Made by a program: the position numbers and the translations under genes. The notes under the pieces were generated by a model. It saw only the letters and a list, made by a program, of their open reading frames with translations, was not told where the DNA came from and ran no database searches. A stretch of 62,999 bases of DNA, the filler included, from Octopus bimaculoides (lineage: Eukaryota): the NCBI RefSeq assembly GCF_001194135.2. It is 7 parts of 6 records of this genome, joined end to end, with 100 filler letters (N's around TTAATTAATTAA, not from the genome) between each part and the next. Parts side by side here need not be neighbours in the genome. Positions count along the whole stretch, not along the records: positions 21,851 to 29,852 come from NC_068995.1; positions 29,953 to 34,804 come from NC_068986.1; positions 34,905 to 41,100 come from NC_068982.1; 4 more parts are not named here. One strand, 5' to 3'. Every line of letters begins with the position of its first letter. Position 1 is the first letter of the stretch. Below, piece after piece: positions 25,212 to 37,668 of the stretch.

Positions 25212-26256
25212 GCGCACACGTATATTTGCCGTGAAACTCAGCGGATATATTTCCAAGAATACACACAACACAGGTATCGAGCTTAGTAGTAATTCGTTTG
25301 ATACCCGTATTGTGAGTATTTTAAAGCTGCTTCTTGCAACATCACAATGTGCCTTTTTGCATATTGACTTTATATTTCCAAGTGTGAAGATTTTAATAAA
25401 CCAACGAAGTTCCAGAAATTGAAGTCTTCCGTATACCGTATGACTGAAGTAAAATTCTTTCGAGGTTTGCGTCTTCTAAACCAAATATCGGTTGTACTGT
25501 TTCATCAAGGAATTTGTAATCTTTTTTATTGTAATATGTGCTCCTGTTATAGGGTCGTTGATTTACATAATGCAATGAACTGAAACACCAAATAGGTTGT
25601 TGGATGAACGGCAAATTTGATTACCTTTGTTTGTTTTCTGTTTTGTTTTGTTTTGAAAGTTTCATGATATTGAAAAACATTGTTGATTTTCTGAAAACAA
25701 ATTTCGCGAGCGGTTTTTATAGCCAAGTGCAGACTATGTAAAAGAGTTCAAGTAGCCCTTTATTACTGAATATTTGCCGTATAATATCAGAGTTATAAAA
25801 AAGACTAAAGGTAAAGGAAATATTTCCAATAATGTTATCAATACAGTCTCTCATTTTAGCGAATGAAGCTGAGAAGGATATGATTGAGTAATTACTTTGT
25901 TGATATTTCTGAGCTGCGATCACAAAGTAGATAGGTAAATAAGTATGTAGGTACATACGTGCTTAGCAAGCTATGTAGGCAACTAGTATGTTTGATCCTT
26001 AAACATATTAACTGTTCCTAGTTGTTTGTAAAAGTTATTTCACCATGCCTCTACAACACTTATAAGGACAAAACTGTAGACGTTAATAATTACAGCAAAT
26101 TAAACAACGTCCCTATAGCAGGGGCGCATATTATAATACAATGATTAGAAATACCTTTATGAGAAAGTACAAACGATAATTAGTCATCAGGTATTAACTC
26201 TTTGAGCCCGTAACACCGGTTTACCGATGGGTGGCTTATTTTTCTCTATACCGTAG

Positions 26257-27154
26257 CACCGCTCCACCAGTGGAGTGCAGTCACTTTCTCAAAGGAGCGC
26301 AAAAGAAGAAATGCAAATGGGTAAACATCAAGAATATGAACAGAAATTATTAGAACAGTTTATGAATTCCCAAAATTTTGCAAATAACCATGTAACATCC
26401 AGTAAAACTATAACTTCAAGGAAAAAATCCTCGTCACTTGTCACAGTTAAACAGTCATCTCCACCCCAACAGTCAACACTACTCCAGCAAACAACAGAAC
26501 TGCAGTTCCTCTCAACAGGGTCCTCTTCCTCTTCCTCTTCCTCTTCAGCTTCTTTCACTTCCTCTTCTCTGGTGGTNNNNNNNNNNAGAACTGCAGTTCC
26601 TCTCAACAGGGTCCTCTTCCTCTTCCTCTTCCTCTTCAGCTTCTTTCACTTCCTCTTCTCTGGTGGTGGGATCTGGTTTAGCAGCCAGTCAGCAACAAGC
26701 AGCACTCAATGCAAATAAAGATGTCTGGCCTGTTCTGAATAGTGGTGGTGGTACAAGCAGTGCGACTACTGTTGGAACCACAATAGTGGAGAGTAATGTC
26801 ACACCAGTTGGCAGCAAAGCAACCAGTGCTGAGAGACTCCTCAACGGTAACAAAGTGCCCAACACAACTAGATATCATACTCACAGACCAAGCACACCAA
26901 CCAAACAGAACAAATGTCTTAGAGACAAACGAGATCCTGATAAATTATCAATTATCAAAGAAAATTACAGTAATGGCTCAATTGATTCCCCAAGTATTCG
27001 GGTTTCAACATCGTCGTCCTACTCAGCACCATCGCCAACTTCAGCAGTCCACATGAATGATACATTTGCTACCGCGATGAATCCATCTCTAACATTTATG
27101 GGCATAAACCAGGTATCACGACAAGTGCTGGAAAAAAGGAATGCAGACAAATAA
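26257..27154 (+). CDS. Ser/Thr-rich exon of an unidentified protein (about 268 codons after removing an 81-bp false duplication plus a 10-N gap)
   Basis: TTTTTCTCTATACCGTAG acceptor, then HRSTSGVQSLSQRSAKEEMQMGKHQEYEQKLLEQFMNSQ... Deleting 26577-26667 fuses the two ORFs into one frame ending at TAA 27152-27154. GC-richer than the flanks. No domain recognised. Confidence 0.65.
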
Positions 27155-27689
27155 GGTTCAGGAGGTCAGGGCCCAAAGGGTTAAATGGTCAAATGCCAGT
27201 CGCACTAATACTAAAGGCAGTATCAAATACCACACCGAATTCATGAAAATCTGAAGTAACACAAATAGCATTGGTTTATCAGCCACAATACTGAAAACAG
27301 TAAGAGATGATACAAGAATCCCGATATGAAGTAAAGTAGAATACCTCTGAACTAGAGTAATTCCTGACGCAACATGATAATGCTGAAGATCAATAACTAA
27401 CCATTGCTGAATATTATGCACTTAATAGCCAGACTGAAGAAGATTAAAGACGTTTTTTTTCTTTTCTTTACAGTCTGTATTATTTCATTACGGTAAATCT
27501 CGGTTTTTGTGCAATCCTTTGGCAAAAGAGCTGCTTTGATAATCTTTATATTGAAACAACTATAGAAGAGACATGAAAGTTATTTAAAGCATCCTACTCC
27601 TACAGACATACGAACACAAATACTCATATGCTGTGGTTTAGTTTTATTATTGACCGCTAGCTCCAAAGGTTTTTTTTTATTCTCATCTT

Positions 27690-27822
27690 TTTATTCGCTC
27701 TCTGTTTATTTCCTCATGTTCCTTTCTGTTGAAGAGCGTAGGCTCGAAACGTTAAAGACTTTCTCACATTCCCGAGCGTTAAACTAATACACCTGCTTGT
27801 TGTTTATACACCCGTCTTCGTC

Positions 27823-27830
<8 letters not shown>
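27690..27830 (+). repeat. About 140-bp dispersed repeat (PLE pseudo-LTR-like) with a hammerhead-like core; further copies at 45945-46100 (-), 17228-17315 (-, core deleted) and 29822-29852 (-, cut by linker)
   Basis: Mutual sequence similarity between the copies (GAAAACAAAAGACGAAGACAGGTG...AAGCAGGTG...CGGGAA...AGTCTTT.ACGTTTCGA.CCTACGCTCTTC.ACAGAAAG). Confidence 0.75.
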
Positions 27831-27867
<37 letters not shown>

Positions 27868-27877
27868 CACACGCGCG

Positions 27878-27914
<37 letters not shown>

Positions 27915-28164
27915 ACACACACACACTAGAATGGTCAATTATTTGATGGTGCGTATGTACTCGTGTTTGTTTAATTTCATTGATCCAGTGCAGAGTAACG
28001 GGATGTCTCAAAGTCCCCTTACCTCAAAGAATTGCGTGTGTTATAACTACACACCGTCTAAAGAGAAAAGATGTTTTCCAATAAACGAAATACAACAGCC
28101 AGCAGTGTATTCAAGTTCGAATCCGTCAGAACATATTTAAAATGAAGAAGGCATTATTGTGTTG

Positions 28165-28580
28165 TCAGTCGCACAAACTACATTACAAAACTGATGGAAT
28201 CCTTTATCAGAAAGGCACTTTGGAACACTCATAATCTTATTCGACCCTCATAATTTGAAGTTATCCCTAACTCCAGCTGTTGTAACCAACTCACCAAGTT
28301 TCTTGAAGATATTGTCCGAATCACATACGATAGGTCCTGGGTAGATATTATCACAACTTCACCAAAGTCTTCCATTCTATATCACAGAAACGAGTTATGT
28401 CGAAGCTCTCTGCAATGTGCATGAGACTTAATCTTTATAAGTGCTTGCAATTCTTCATTCTCAATAAAAAGAAGTAGTCACGATACTAAGAGAGCATTCT
28501 ACACTCATCTGAGGTGCTGCAGGGATTTGTTCTGTGTTCCATGTTGTTTGTTGCATATATTAACGAAATGAATGCCAACT
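28165..28580 (+). mobile_element. CR1-like LINE reverse transcriptase fragment
   Basis: Broken reading ITKLMES.IRK...HNLI.P..F.PNSSCCNQL..FLEDI...WVDI..NFTKVFHSISHKRVMSKL...LQGFVLCSMLFVAYINEM matches RT subdomains 3-4. Confidence 0.75.
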
Positions 28581-29439
28581 TGAAGTATCGCTTTTACAAG
28601 ACAGTAGGGAGAAGTTTTAGGACATTAGACTGCTGTTTCTTGTAGGGCGAGTGATCACACGTGACCGTAGTTCTTGGCCTACATATCAATTACTTCATTA
28701 TGGTTTATTCTATAAATCCAATGTACTATTCTATAACTGGAAATCCTATTGTTCATGTCAGTGATCGCTTTGTTTGGCATTTTACACATGATTTTGTTTT
28801 TGTCTCTTTGCTTGTACCTCCTCCTTTTTTCTATTATTTCCGTGTTAAACCTATTTCGCTTCACTAACGCTAGAAATCTCTTTGAAAAAAAAGCATCAAA
28901 GTTATATTCACATTTTTCTTCCTTTACAGATATTCAACCTAATTCCTTGTCAAATGATATTATTAGTAAAAGCGAGCAGAGCAGAAGATAGCGGTAATTG
29001 GTAGTACGGCAGTTAGAATAGTATGCTGCATTTTGTTATAATATTTTATGGTCTGAGTTCAATTCCCGTTTGAGTTGACCCAACATATAATCCAGGTGAT
29101 AATGTACCTGGAACTTCTTGTGTCCGAATCCTGCTGTACATTGTATTTTTTTTTTTTTTGTTATTGGAATAGTTCTAGAAACATTAGTTTTTCTTTAAGA
29201 TACATAATCTATTTCTGGTCAAAAACATTATCTGGATGCTTCATCACAATACAACGTAACTGATTCCGAGAGAATCGGGGAGAGAACTACACTGACTACT
29301 GCTTTATAACAAAGTTTATCTCGGCGTGATTTGAACATAGTGTAGAGAGGTGGAACAGATACCACAAGGTATTATTGTGTTTTAACCGGCATTATAATGA
29401 TATAAACTACTATGGTAAGCTAAGGGATAGTTGAATTCA

Positions 29440-29515
<76 letters not shown>

Positions 29516-29579
29516 ATGTATACAAATATTTACACACACATACATATATATATATACATATATATATATGCACACATAC

Positions 29580-29617
<38 letters not shown>

Positions 29618-30129
29618 GTAGGTAGGTAGGTAGGTAGGTAGGTAGGTAGGTAGGTAGGTAGGTAGGTAGGTGGAGAGAGAGAGAGATTGTTTTGTATAGT
29701 TATAGTTTTTTTAAATACCAAAGGTTTACTCGATATTTTTACAAGAGTGACGACACTGATTACTAAGTTTCAGCCGTCTAATCTTTGAAGTCACTGACAT
29801 CCCCTCTTTAAGTAAAAGTATTGAAAACAAAAGACGAAGGCAGATGAGAGAANNNNNNNNNNNNNNNNNNNNNNNNNNNNNNNNNNNNNNNNNNNNTTAA
29901 TTAATTAANNNNNNNNNNNNNNNNNNNNNNNNNNNNNNNNNNNNNNNNNNNNTACTATTTCAAGATTTCTTGCCAACAGAGAAAGAGCCGGTTTCTAACC
30001 TAGATCCAAGGTTCCTTCATTGAAATTTCAACATCAGCAACAGGGTATTTTTGTTTGTATGTATGTATGTATGTATGTATGTATGTATGTATGTATGCAT
30101 GCATGTATGTATGTATGTATGTATGTGAA

Positions 30130-31562
30130 GATTTACATGTTTTATGTTTGTATTCTCATGCATATAGTTGCATATCTAGGCATGCTCATATATATTTAAA
30201 TGATTAACTTCTGGAAAGTTTTACAGATTTTTACAGTTCCAGTGATGGATTGGATCTGTAGCCTTCGAATTAGCTTTCTCCTTCCTGGTTTTGAGAAGCC
30301 TAATTTCTCAAGATTGCTATTTAGGCAATGTGTTACATATCCCAGGGCTCCAGTAATTACAGGTATAAACCTGAATTTGTAATCTGGATAGAGTAACCGC
30401 AGATTTCTCAATATTTCAGCGTAGGTGTTCTCCTTTTCACTGATCTTCAGCTTTATATTAACATCCGCTGAGCAGCTAATTTCTACATCTGTGCACAGTT
30501 TCTCTTCTCTATCCCAAATCATTATATCAGTTCTGCTGTGCTTACATTTTATTGAGGTCTTCACTGGGACATTCCATCAATATTCCTTTTTAATATGAGT
30601 GGTTATGGTTTCTACCATATTGTGGGTTCTTATTTTTTTGTACTCGGGATTATCTTTCCGACGGATTTCATTATAGAGTGTCCTAGCTACAATGTCGTCT
30701 CATCGGTAAATAATACCGTGATGACATTTTCGGACAACTGCTTATGATGTGGGTGATATCTTCGGTGTCAACTCCACAAAGTCTGCTTCCGTTTTCACAT
30801 TTTACGGCTTTTCCTGCATCTCTATCCATTTTGTGCATCAGGTACTTAGTTGATATTCTCTGTTCCTGGATTGCAAACGCATACCTTTCAAAGTTGGGGG
30901 TAGTAACCCGGCTATTGGTCCATGATAAACTGCTTTGATGATCGATGTTACTATCACCACGGAGCTTTCTACTAACATATCCATGCATAGTCTTCTACTC
31001 ATATGGGCTCATCCTTTCATTTGACGATACGTCGCGGTAGGGTCGTGTGACTTCTTTTGGCAAGTATCCTAGGTTATCAGACAAAGAGTGTTGCTCAAGA
31101 AGCTGCCTTTCAAGTCTTATGATGTTATCAGCCTCCTGTATGCAAACTTTGTCAAGGGATGCACTTCGACACTTGGTGGTTAAAAGATGTTGCCGAAAGG
31201 ATATGATGCGACATTCGAAGCCATTTTGGATCGATGTTAAGTCTCAGCCACTTTGTTTTCGTTTTAGGTAGAGGCGGTCTACATCACTGTTTATGTGGAA
31301 ACTACGTGTGCTTGTTAGTGTTTTTCGGGTTTTCACATTACTGGCTTGAATCTCATCAAGCGTCCAATCAAGCAGCCCAAATGTTGGTCTGAGTACTGGC
31401 ACTGCAAACACATTGTGGTCCACTGTTTTCTTGATAGCAGAGAGTTCTGAGGTCCAAATTTTCTTTATTCACCTGTAATATTCTTTAGTGACACATGTTT
31501 TGTCACAGGTGCCATTGTAAGATATATTTTCATCTATCCTTAGATACCTGTAACATTCTTCT
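30130..31562 (-). mobile_element. 5'-truncated R4-clade (REL-endonuclease) LINE
   Basis: RT C-terminus (EEECYRYLG), CCHC knuckle (RLCGVDTEDITHIISSCPKMSSRYYLPMR), REL motifs (R.DIMIWDREEKLCTDVEISC...KENTY...IPVITGALG). Frameshifted. (TACA)n at both junctions. Confidence 0.9.
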
Positions 31563-33469
31563 TCATGTATGTATGTACACATGTCCACGCTTCTCTTTTA
31601 ATGTGCTAAATAGATTTATAGATTTAAGTTGGCCATAAATTTAAATACATACAAATAAGTCATTGTTGTCGTTGTCGCTGTTGTTGTTGTCGTTGTCGCC
31701 GTCGTTGCTGTTGTTGTTATTCTTGTTGTTTTTATTCTTGTTGTTGTTATTCTTGTTGTTGTTGTTGGTGGTGGTGTTGTTTCGTCACAGTGAGCCGGTC
31801 AGTTAATGTGTCACTCCATCAGTACATTCTGAAACGTGTCTGAAGCATCTTATATCATTTTCCTGTCAAATATTTTAACACACACATGAAAAGATTAACA
31901 TTTTCGTTGAAATAATAATTAATCTCCAATTATTTTCTATTTCAAAGGAGAGTTTTAATTACAAGAAGCAAAAATAAAAAAGCAGAGTGTATAGTTTGAC
32001 GCTGAGGCAAATTGGGAGTATCTTTAAATTTTCAAGTATATATATATATATATATATAAAATATATAGTTTTAGGGAAAATAACCAAGTTTCAAGAACTC
32101 ATCGATGAAAATCCACTATCACATATAGAAAAATTAATAATTAAAAGCACAATAAATATCATAAATATAAATATAATATATAATATATTATATTTATCTT
32201 ATGATATTTACTTTACTTTATATTATACTCATTTATTGTNNNNNNNNNNNNNNNNNNNNNNNNNNNNNNNNNNNNNNNNNNNNNNNNNNNNNNNNNNNNN
32301 NNNNNNNNNNNNNNNNNNNNNNNNNNNNNNNNNNNNNNNNNNNNNNNNNNNNNNNNNNNNNNNNNNNNNNNNNNNNNNNNNNNNNNNNNNNNNNNNNNNN
32401 NNNNNNNNNNNNNNNNNNNNNNNNNNNNNNNNNNNNNNNNNNNNNNNNNNNNNNNNNNNNNNNNNNNNNNNNNNNNNNNNNNNNNNNNNNNNNNNNNNNN
32501 NNNNNNNNNNNNNNNNNNNNNNNNNNNNNNNNNNNNNNNNNNNNNNNNNNNNNNNNNNNNNNNNNNNNNNNNNNNNNNNNNNNNNNNNNNNNNNNNNNNN
32601 NNNNNNNNNNNNNNNNNNNNNNNNNNNNNNNNNNNNNNNNNNNNNNNNNNNNNNNNNNNNNNNNNNNNNNNNNNNNNNGGGAGAGAGAGAGAGAGAGAGA
32701 CATATACATGCATATACATACATGCACACATACACACATAACATACATATATATATATATATGTAACGCAAAGTGTTTCTTTCCTTCATTCCACGCTGAG
32801 GAACGGGCCGACCCTTCCTGCTCTCCTTCCATTCGAGCAAGACCATCTCTTAGCGTTCCAGATAGTTGACAATCATAACTAGTAATGAAACAGCATTACC
32901 TCCCTTTTCTACAACCCTAACTCACTAATTTATTTCACCGATTCATTTTAGTAAACGCCACTTAACTATCCATCGCAAAACACTACAAAGACATTCCGTA
33001 GACAGCAAGAGTATATTTTAAACAATAAGTTCCCATAGGCCTTTAATTAAATGTAAAATCAATATCAGTCAATGAATACATGTAAACAAAGAAGAAATAT
33101 GTCTTTCCTAACAAAATACCGTTTATATAATTATCAGTACTTATTTTTATATAATGTCACATTAAAGTGATTATGTCTTGCATTAAAATAGACACACTTA
33201 AAAGATACACATTATTATCTTTTATGCTCTGGTGAGAAAGCAGTATGTTCTATAATAGTTAACGCCACCATAATATTTCGTTTTATAGACCAATTTAAAC
33301 CTATCCTTTCCTCATAGCCATTTCAGTTTACACCGAAATAATCTTTGGTTTTATAGACAAATTTAAGACTTTTCATTATTAATAACCTATTTGCTTATTT
33401 GCAACGCATTTGTAGACGTAGCAAAATCTCATTCGTAATATCTAGTTTACATAATTTCTTTAGATATAT

Positions 33470-34200
33470 TTTTTTCTACTCTAGGCACAAGGCTCGAAAT
33501 TTTGAGGGAGGGGACCAGTCTATTAGATCAGCCCCAGTACTCAACAGGTATTTAATGACGCACTTTTCCATCAGTATTTATACCTATAAGAAATACGGGC
33601 GTTGATATGAATGCGTTTACTCATCTCAGGTAAGGCAAAGAATGAAAAGATGTAAGGCGAAGTCGACCTCGCCGGAATTTGATCTCAGAACGTAACGACA
33701 GACGAAATACCGCTCAGCAATTTCCCCAGTGTGCTAATGTTTCTGCCAGCTCGCCGCCCTTTTCTTTAGATGTATTCTTTTCTACTCCAGGCACAAGGCC
33801 CGAAATTTTGGGGGATGGCGCCAGTCGATTAGATCGACCCTAGTACTCAACTGGTAATTAATTTATCGACCCCGAAAGGATGAAAGGCAAAGTCGACTTC
33901 GGCCAGAACGTAACGACAGACGAAATAGCGTTAAGCAATTTCGCCCGGCGGGCTAACGTTTCTTATTTCTTAATTGCCCGCAAAGGGTTACACACAGAGG
34001 GGACAAACAAGGACAGACAAACGGATTAGGTTGATTATATCGACGCCAGTACCTAACTGGTATTTGTTTAATCGACTCCGAAAGGATGAAAGGCAAAGTC
34101 GACCTCGGCGGAATTTGAACTCAGAACGTAGTGGCAGACGAAATACCGCTAAGCATTTCGCCCGGCTTGCTAACGTTTCTGCCAGCTCTCCGCCCTTTCT
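33470..34200 (-). mobile_element. Tandem or nested SINE family B copies (also at about 2270-2475, 47615-48015, 50085-50310 and 53985-54195)
   Basis: Repeated GAAAGGATGAAAGGCAAAGTCGACCTCGGCGGAATTTGAACTCAGAACG motif. Confidence 0.85.
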
Positions 34201-35137
34201 TTAGACGTATTATAAGTGCAGGCATGGCTATTTGGTAAGAAGTTTTCCTTCTAAGTGCATGCTTTCGAGTTCACTCCTTCTACGCAGCTACCGTGGGAAG
34301 AGTCTTTTAAGATATCGTCGTATTGACTAAGTGGAGATGGTAGACGGAAACTGAAAAAGAAAATGTCCGCTATACCTGTATATATCTGTTGTGTCTGTGT
34401 AACAGCTTCGCAATAGCTGCTGGGTTTTTACGTTTTCGTAACTTAATGGTTCAGTAACCACATGGTTCCAGGTTCAGTCCCACAGCGTGGCACCTTCAAC
34501 AAGTGTCTTCTACTGGGGAATATTTTCAGCCTAATTAGCCAAAAACAAAATTTATTGTTTAGTCATTTGGAGTTAATATCTTTTATAGAAGTGCGGTGTT
34601 TAAGTATTCATGCGCACAAATACATAAGTAGCAGACGAACATTGATGAGAATGGTAGATGCGCATTTTCGCCTAGACTGACTGTCAAACCTAAGTTAAGA
34701 CAAGATCCATCACTACTGATATAGCGATTTCACTATCACTGGGGTTCCAATATATGTACGTAAATACGCACACTCACACACATATGTGCATATATATATT
34801 TATANNNNNNNNNNNNNNNNNNNNNNNNNNNNNNNNNNNNNNNNNNNNTTAATTAATTAANNNNNNNNNNNNNNNNNNNNNNNNNNNNNNNNNNNNNNNN
34901 NNNNAAGGCCTAGCCATATTTCTTTTACGAAATATGGCAAATAAGCCAGAGAAAAATCAAAAACTTTTGGAAATAAACTCCAGAAGGAGCCACTTCCTAT
35001 TACAAAAACCCAATAGGGTCGAAGTGTATAGACTTATACACCTCTTCCACAAAAAATATTTTAAAACTGCAAAAGTTTTGACATATAAAAGGCCAACTTA
35101 CTTGCGAGCCGATGTGACTAGCATCCGTCCAGATCAG

Positions 35138-35181
<44 letters not shown>

Positions 35182-35849
35182 GTAGGTGTGTGCATATGTT
35201 TCTGTGTCTGCGCCTCCCCGCCCCCGGCATCACTTGTAAAAACCGATACTGGTGTGTTTACGTCCCCGTAATATAGCGGTTCGGCAAAAGAGATCGATAG
35301 AATAAGTACTAGGCTTACAAAGAATAAGTCCTGGGGTTGACTTGCTCGATCAAAGGTGGTGCTCCAGCACGACCACAGTCAAATGACTGAAACAAGTAAA
35401 AGAGTACAAGAGAGTAATGAATATGTAGTGTGTGTGCTTATTTTGCAAGAAAGAAATTACCGTCCCGATATATATCAATACTTATTTCAACACGATATAA
35501 CATCATTAATCATACAAACAAATTCATTACCGAAAAAAGTAATAAAGTTTTTTTATTTTTTTTTATCAATCATTAAGTGTTCACCAAAGACATTGGGACT
35601 TCATATGATAATACAATATGGGGTTGCAAAAAGTCGAACGTTTAAATAATGAAAACGATGAAATAAATGTTAACAAAGAAAAATTCTCCAAAAAGGGTCG
35701 ACTTCCTAGAGAACCCCACAAAAAACCAGAGGCCCCAACATGCTCTCCTCATTGTCTATAGAGGCATGCTCAGAGGCGTCCTTTTCACTTGGACCATTAT
35801 TGAAACATTGACCCAAATATCAACAGAATTCTTGACAGGTAGAACCGGC

Positions 35850-37170
35850 CTCTCTCCCCCCGTATTCCTTTTCGAGTGTAATTTGATAAAGATGATGAGA
35901 GCTTAGCCAAAGAGGACAGAATGTGTCATCAGCCATTTCAATCGTGTCTGCCACACAGCCTATTTCGCTTAGGCTACCAGGCAAAGAAACGTTATGTACC
36001 CTTTCCGGGGAAAAAGGAAGGCGGCGGAACGATCTTCACGTTGACTTAGCCAATAGCCGGATCCATCCTACACGCATTTGTCCGGTTTCGGCATAAACCC
36101 ACAGCAGCAATATTCGGGCACAGAACAAGAGCGCGCTTAGCTGTTTCGTCGTTCTGAGTGCATCTCAGGCAAGACTGGCTAATGGCACTTCCATTCCTGT
36201 GGAATGCCCTAACCGGCACTGTCACGCCAAGTATTTCTGGAAATTATCCTTAGGAGCCCGCTTCAAAAGTTCCCTGGAAGAGCATTGTCAGTTGATTCTT
36301 CTCGACGCTCAAAATCTCCCTGGGAATGTCATCGCATTTGCCCGCTACTAACCTTCCATAGAACGCCAGAGTTTAACTTCCACAGACATCATTGTCCGAT
36401 TGACAGAAGTCTGTATGTACCTGGCCACACATTAGGTGCCAGGTGGCCTACCTTAGTCCATGCTTGATCCAGGACTCAACTCAGTTAAAGGGAGGATTCC
36501 CACTCTTCCTTGAATGGCTGTTGGCAGAAATGGAGAGCCTAACCTGTGGAATGTATCTACTCCCCAGAATGTGGAAGAATACGAACTCCAACTTGGTGAG
36601 ACGTAAACTGTGGAAAAGACACGAATCTCAGGAGACAATATGTAAAGGTGGCGATGTAAGCATTTGCCATCTCTACCTGACCTTTCAGGGACAGCTTTCT
36701 ATCAGCCAATTTCTTGGTAAGATCGTCCGCCCCACTTAACTATCTAATCTAGCTTCTGTAAGGGACCTGGTTTCCGCTTCCAGTAACCGGGTACCAGTCT
36801 ACGAAGTCTATCTAGGTCGACCGTGCTGATCACAAATGTGTGGTCTCTGTAGCAGATGACTTAAATTATGGACAGCTTATACAATCCTCATTTAATGGCC
36901 TACAAAGCACCGCAGTTCCATCCCTGCCCATTTTTCGCTAACGTGGAGATAAGTAAATCTCGTATCCACCGAAAATGGACAAGAAAGCTCGGTGGTCAGA
37001 TAGCCTGGTGTCACTGACAGTGCACGACATCTAAAATTCGCGACTTGAAGTCATTGAGTATGTGGCCCTGTTGCCAAAACGACCACGGGCTCTCCTCATT
37101 TATAGTGCCTTTTCTGAGCAAGGGCATGTTGAACAATGAAATAGACGAAGTGTAGACTGCTACTTACCCT
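35850..37170 (-). mobile_element. Tx1/L1-clade LINE 3' fragment, degraded
   Basis: KLADRKLSLKG.VEMANAYI (W..R.LSL.GR motif), NFQKYLA*QC, ALVLCPNIA (CCHC region), AVWQTRLK. Confidence 0.7.
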
Positions 37171-37459
37171 GGTTTTGTTTCGGGCTTGGGATAGTTGTTC
37201 TATCCCTATGGTTACATGTGGGTGCTTCCACAAATAGTTAAGGTTTTCGGTAAAATTTCCTACTCAATCAGGGTGATTGTTCTTTTATGTTTTATAGGTG
37301 TTGTGTGCTATTCGTATGCCTTTTATGGGTGTGTTGTTGGTTGATTTAATGGAATTCGTTTGAGTGAAGCAATAACGCAGTGCATTCCATTAATACAGTC
37401 TTGGCTCTGTTTGTGGCGGTGTAGTTGATGATTACAGAAGCCAGATTGGATAGTTAAGT

Positions 37460-37668
37460 GGGGTGGACGATCTCACCAATAAATTGGCCGATAAAAAGCT
37501 GTCCCTGAAAAGTCGGGTAGAGATGGCAAATGCTTACATCGCCTACTTTACATATTGTCGCCTGAGATTCGTGTCTTGCCCTACTTTACGTCTCACCACG
37601 TGGGAGTTCGTATTCTTCCGCGCTCTGGGGAGTAGATACATTCCACAGGTTAGGCTCTCCATTTCTGT
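37460..37668 (+). mobile_element. Inverted duplicate of part of the adjacent Tx1-like LINE
   Basis: Reverse complement of about 36525-36740 (AGCTGTCCCTGAAA...GGTAGAGATGGCAAATGCTTACATCGCC...GGGGAGTAGATACATTCCACAGGTTAGGCTCTCCATTTCTG). Confidence 0.85.

Noticed and set aside
25230-25960. Short minus-strand ORFs (25393-25614, 25717-25956) with protein-like composition
   Set aside because: No recognisable motif and no consistent splice-phase chain could be built.
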